Positions 32,153 to 36,116 of a DNA stretch of 36,116 nt are shown here, piece after piece. The DNA is from Catajapyx aquilonaris. Taxonomy: Eukaryota. The stretch spans positions 1 to 36,116 of the forward strand of contig KZ539022.1 in the NCBI GenBank assembly GCA_000934665.2, read 5' to 3'. The notes below the pieces were generated by a model, which had not been told where the DNA came from, did no database searches, and was given only the letters and a program-made list of their open reading frames with translations. Every line of letters begins with the position of its first letter. Position 1 is the first letter of the stretch. The position numbers and the translations under genes were made by a program.

Positions 32153-32418
32153 GTACCAAGCTCTTGATGGTACTACAATCTAGTTCTATTCTACTATTTC
32201 TAGTAATAATTTGCATAATAACAAAGTCTCAAACCATGTACAGTACATTACACTTGATTGTGTGTCATCAGAATTGAACCATCTTTTATTTGATTCAGAT
32301 TCAAAAGTCACTTTTTAAATTTAGATCTTGAACCGTCTTCAACGTACAAACATTTGTTGACATCTTGGTTGACATAAATCCCATAGGATTTATCAATTTA
32401 TAGCATTCCTTTTTTTTT

Positions 32419-32436
32419 NNNNNNNNNNNNNNNNNN
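32419..32436. other. Assembly gap (18 N) after a poly-T run
   Basis: Run of N in the sequence. Confidence 0.99.
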
Positions 32437-32675
32437 GGAGACAGATATTTGCTAATCAAGTTGGTCTGACTCATCGCTTGTGGCACCTTCGGAAGGACCT
32501 ATGGGATCATCTGATTCAGGCAGAGGTCCCAGAATACCAGCTGAGCCTAAGAATAAGAATACACATATGAGCTCTCTTGGTACTGTAAGTCCCAACACAA
32601 TGTAACTTGTCTGCAGTGAGTTGCAGGTGATTTTTGGTTTTGTTTTTGTTTTCATGTTGAACATTTTCCCAGATA

Positions 32676-32714
32676 GGGGCCGTCCATAATGTCCAAGTGA
32701 ATAATAATAATAAT

Positions 32715-32753
<39 letters not shown>

Positions 32754-33218
32754 AATAATGGATACCCCGTGATAGGCCCCTTGGGCCTCTTAGGGGATCA
32801 TCTTTTGAATACCCGACTTTAATCATTTGCCTGTAATGTGATGGATTTTGATAGTGGGAGGAAACGGGAGAACCCCGAGAAAACCCACGTGAACACGGAG
32901 AGAACCCATCGAAACTCTATCCACATATCCACTTGGCGGTTTTTTTAGTCAGACCCATCAAATATACCATAATACTTCTGAAAAAATGAATTTGTGTGTA
33001 CATATTTAAAAAACAACATGGCAATGTATTGAAAATAACACTTTCAGTGTGACGAGGGGGGGGGGNCGCAATTTTTAGGGGGGGGAGGTAAGATATTGTC
33101 CATTTCTGTCCGCAAAGGGGAGGGGGGGAGGTAAGATATTGTCCATTTCTGTCCGCAAAGGGGAGGGGGGGAGGTAAAAAAGTGAAAAAATCTGTCCACG
33201 CGGATTATGGACGGCCCC
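32676..33218. mobile_element. PIF/Harbinger-type MITE with a nested SINE
   Basis: ATA|GGGGCCGTCCATAAT ... ATTATGGACGGCCCC|ATA (15-bp perfect TIR, 3-bp TSD); internal ~43-bp tandem repeat ggggaggtaagatattgtccatttctgtccgcaaagggga x2 at ~33080-33175. Confidence 0.88.
32700..32930 (-). mobile_element. 5'-truncated copy of the V-domain-like SINE, with a mixed (AAT)n/(CAT)n tail
   Basis: Aligns with ~24274-24458 (ataatggatacccc, gtgatggattttgat, gtgggaggaaacggg, ccccgagaaaacccac); lacks the tRNA head. Confidence 0.88.
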
Positions 33219-34045
33219 ATAGCATGGCATATTCCCATATGGGAAAAAATGTTGACACTGCCATGCAGTGCTCAATGAGCAAGCCCATCTGGGTTCCCAT
33301 ATGGGACCTAGCCAGATTTTGTACATGCTACCTGAGTTACCATCATATGCAACAAGAGCCAACTGTACAATGAAAATCGAGCATCGCCTACCATTCCTTG
33401 GATAATTAAAATGCAAATTATCAAACATTTCTAGTGCCTCCTGTGGTAATTTTTTAATGAAAAAATGGTAAATGTTCGAATTTTGAATGCAGATTTTTGC
33501 AATACTGGGATAGGTAGAACAAAACAGTTTCACTTGTCATCTAACATTATTATATGAACACACTTGCAAGTATTATACATTTTCAGAAAGCTGGCCAAAT
33601 AGAAATGTCATTATTGGTACGTTGTGGCATTACCAACATTCAAGGGTCATGTACATCCAAATTTACAAAAGGATTATTTGTATAGGATCGTTATATTTAT
33701 ACATGAGTGACACTCAATTGATGCAAATTGGGATATGGAATTATAATTAGGATATGACGATGCATTATTTCTCACCTTACAATTTAGAAAATGATATTGT
33801 GACCCTGTCATTTGATGCAAATTATAGCTATGATAAACTTATTTAATACTTGCAAGTGTGTAAGATTATTTTTCAATCAGTCATGACTGTAACGACATAA
33901 AAACTACTATCTTGTAAAATTAATGATCAAATTTCATGACATTACAGTATTAAAACACAGCCACAGAAGGCAGGAACTAAATATTCTATGGTTGGAAAAT
34001 AGCAACTTTCATTAGCCTACCATAGCCAAGAGCTCTTGCCGTAGC

Positions 34046-34249
34046 CTACTCAATCTGTCCATTAGAAAATATTGACCCACCCATTATCACTCTTTCCTGT
34101 TGCTCCACGTCAAGGAGCAGGTCACACAGGCACTTCCAGTAGTTCCTTTCACTCTCAACTACGTTTATCTGGAACTGGCACCACTCCAACTGTAGCTTGA
34201 GTTCTTCAATCATTGACACATTCCCCTGATTTGTCTGTGGAAGCTGCAA
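34046..34249 (-). CDS. Possible terminal exon of an unidentified minus-strand gene or TE gene (short coiled-coil-like peptide)
   Basis: Acceptor-like tttttatgacag| directly before an open frame containing IEELKLQLEWCQFQINVVESERNYWK. No family recognised. Confidence 0.3.
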   Translation of the reverse strand: MQLPQTNQGNVSMIEELKLQLEWCQFQINVVESERNYWKCLCDLLLDVEQQERVIMGGSIFSNGQIE

Positions 34250-34365
34250 CTGTCATAAAAATATTTTGTAAAATCAACATTATTTCATGTGTGCCATAGG
34301 CATTTTAGTCATACGATGGTATTTTCAAGGCATTTTGGGAAATACTATGTTTCAGAATTAATCTT

Positions 34366-34483
34366 GGGTTGGATGCATCAAATGTCGTAAGTCAAACTTT
34401 CATCGTAACCGATCATAACCATAGTTACTAATAATTAACTATGGTTACAACCGGTTACGATGAAAGTTTGATGAATCCACCCC
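34366..34483. mobile_element. Small hairpin MITE (Harbinger-like)
   Basis: gggttggatgcatcaaa / tttgatgaatccacccc ends, core palindrome tcaaactttcatcgtaacc...ggttacgatgaaagtttga; flanks ctt / ctg. Confidence 0.7.
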
Positions 34484-36116
34484 CTGATATCTATGTCCAT
34501 GGAAATTTTTCTGTAATTTCACCATCAATAAGTTTGGCATGGAATCTCACTATGTACAAGGAGGCATTCAAACACTCTTTTACCTGACCAAGAAGCACTG
34601 AACCTATACACACATGCAAATAAACTGGAACATATCTCAACCCTTAACATGTTCCCCTCTGAAATCTTACAAAAACTGCATTAGTGTGCTGAGTGCATAC
34701 TGATGTGTGTAGGTGACCCTAGCCAATATAAGTTAATCATGAATCTTTAAAAATGGGAGTTGATAAAGTTCATGGTAAAGGAAAGGAAAGACACAATCAA
34801 AGGTTCATCAGAGGATGGCTGCTGTTTACCATGATGATGCCCCAACCATGGCTGTGGCCCTAACTATATGGGCCGGCATTCCAACATGGGACAGGGGGGT
34901 TGACTGGCAATGCCCCTTTTTTCCCTCCCCCTCTGCCACTGTCACAACACCCCCCCTCACCTGTCACCGCAGTCACAATAAAGCCCAGCTTAATATCCTT
35001 TGATTTTAACCCACTAAAGCCCTACTGTGATAACAATTAAACTTTTAAATATTCCTCACGTCACGTGCATTTGTTTTTCGTGCACTAAACATCTTAAAGT
35101 CAACCTTGAATTGCAATAGAATACACATCATTCTATGTACATGTGTGTTGGAACCATTTAATTTAATTTAGGGTCTTTCAGCCATTGGCTGGGAGAGACT
35201 GCCAAGTTAGACAGCTGCCACCTATAGTATGACACCTGGCATAAGTCATTTGCATGCAGGAGCAGAGCTGGCAGTGCTGGGATAATGATCCAGACCACTA
35301 TTTGTGCATGGTACACAACCACTACCATCCTCTGTTGAACCTCAGATGGCATATTTCCTTATTCAATCAATAACTCAATCACAGTGCACAACTCCAATTG
35401 AATGCCCCAATATAAGGCCCCAACTCCAGCTTTAAAAAATGGTAAGGAAACTAGAAAAAATATTGTCATTTTAAAATTCTTTGAACCGCATGTGCTGAAA
35501 ACGTTTTCTATGATCAGAATGTTCCTGCTATCACGAAGTATAATTTTTACACTGATACTATGTAAGGTTTTAATTGACAATATATGTTTCTTGCACTGCT
35601 ACCATTTTTCAGCTTCAGTTGGCCCTTGCCCTCTGGGAGCATTCAATTTGTTAATGTCCTGATTATACCTGGTAGGCAGGTTGCTTTGTTCACATATCTG
35701 TCTTCCCAAGGAAAAAGCCCTATCTGCAAAACTGCAGTCCCTGCATGCAACCTACACATATACACACACACAAAAAATATGCCTATTATATTGGGTTTGG
35801 TAGTATTCACAGTTTCAAGCATTCACAGTTGGGCTTGGAACCCATCCCACATGGATGCAGGGGAAATACTGTATTGTACGTACATTGTGACCAACAATTG
35901 TCATTATATGAATCACCCAGAATGGAAAGGACATAAGTCCACCTTTTGGTCAAAATGACTTTTTCGCGGAAGGATACTCTTCAGCATGGAGGGCATAAGA
36001 TCCAGTATGAGAGGGTGCAAAAGTCCCCACCCATATGCTATATTTTAGCATGTCAGAATTGCCTCCAGAATGGCAAAGGGGGAATACCTGGACTTACACC
36101 TTTTCCATGCTGAAAT

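Noticed and set aside
32452..32826. 124-aa ORF with poly-Asp/poly-Tyr
   Set aside because: The DDDD/YYYY run is the (CAT)n/(AAT)n SINE tail; the ORF crosses SINE and MITE boundaries.
33075..33180. Short direct repeats as a possible CRISPR-like array
   Set aside because: Only two abutting ~43-bp units without unique spacers, inside a MITE in eukaryotic DNA.

Overview
AT-rich eukaryotic (arthropod-like) genomic DNA with two convergent, intron-containing genes. On the + strand is the 3' portion of a phosphoinositide phospholipase C-beta gene most like Drosophila Plc21C. It has 12 frame-compatible exons from 3865 to TGA at 17062, covering the end of the X box, X-Y linker, Y box, C2 domain and C-terminal coiled coil, and ends in a PDZ-type -GTAL tail; its 5' exons lie upstream of the window. 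On the - strand is a complete SRP54 gene (7 exons, ATG 31622 to TGA 23587, 1512 nt, 503 aa) whose first intron appears to use a non-canonical GC donor. Introns and intergenic DNA hold many small non-autonomous transposons: hAT-, Tc1/mariner-, piggyBac-, Kolobok- and PIF/Harbinger-type MITEs, a composite Helitron and two tRNA-derived SINE families, several of them nested. No transposase ORF, true tRNA/rRNA gene or CRISPR array was seen, and I found no convincing wholly new biological system. The best leads are candidate alternative splicing in the PLC-beta C-terminal region (micro/cassette exons, an alternative last exon or 3'UTR intron), the GC-AG intron of SRP54 and the nested transposon architecture. 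Family assignments come from recognition by eye, not database searches.
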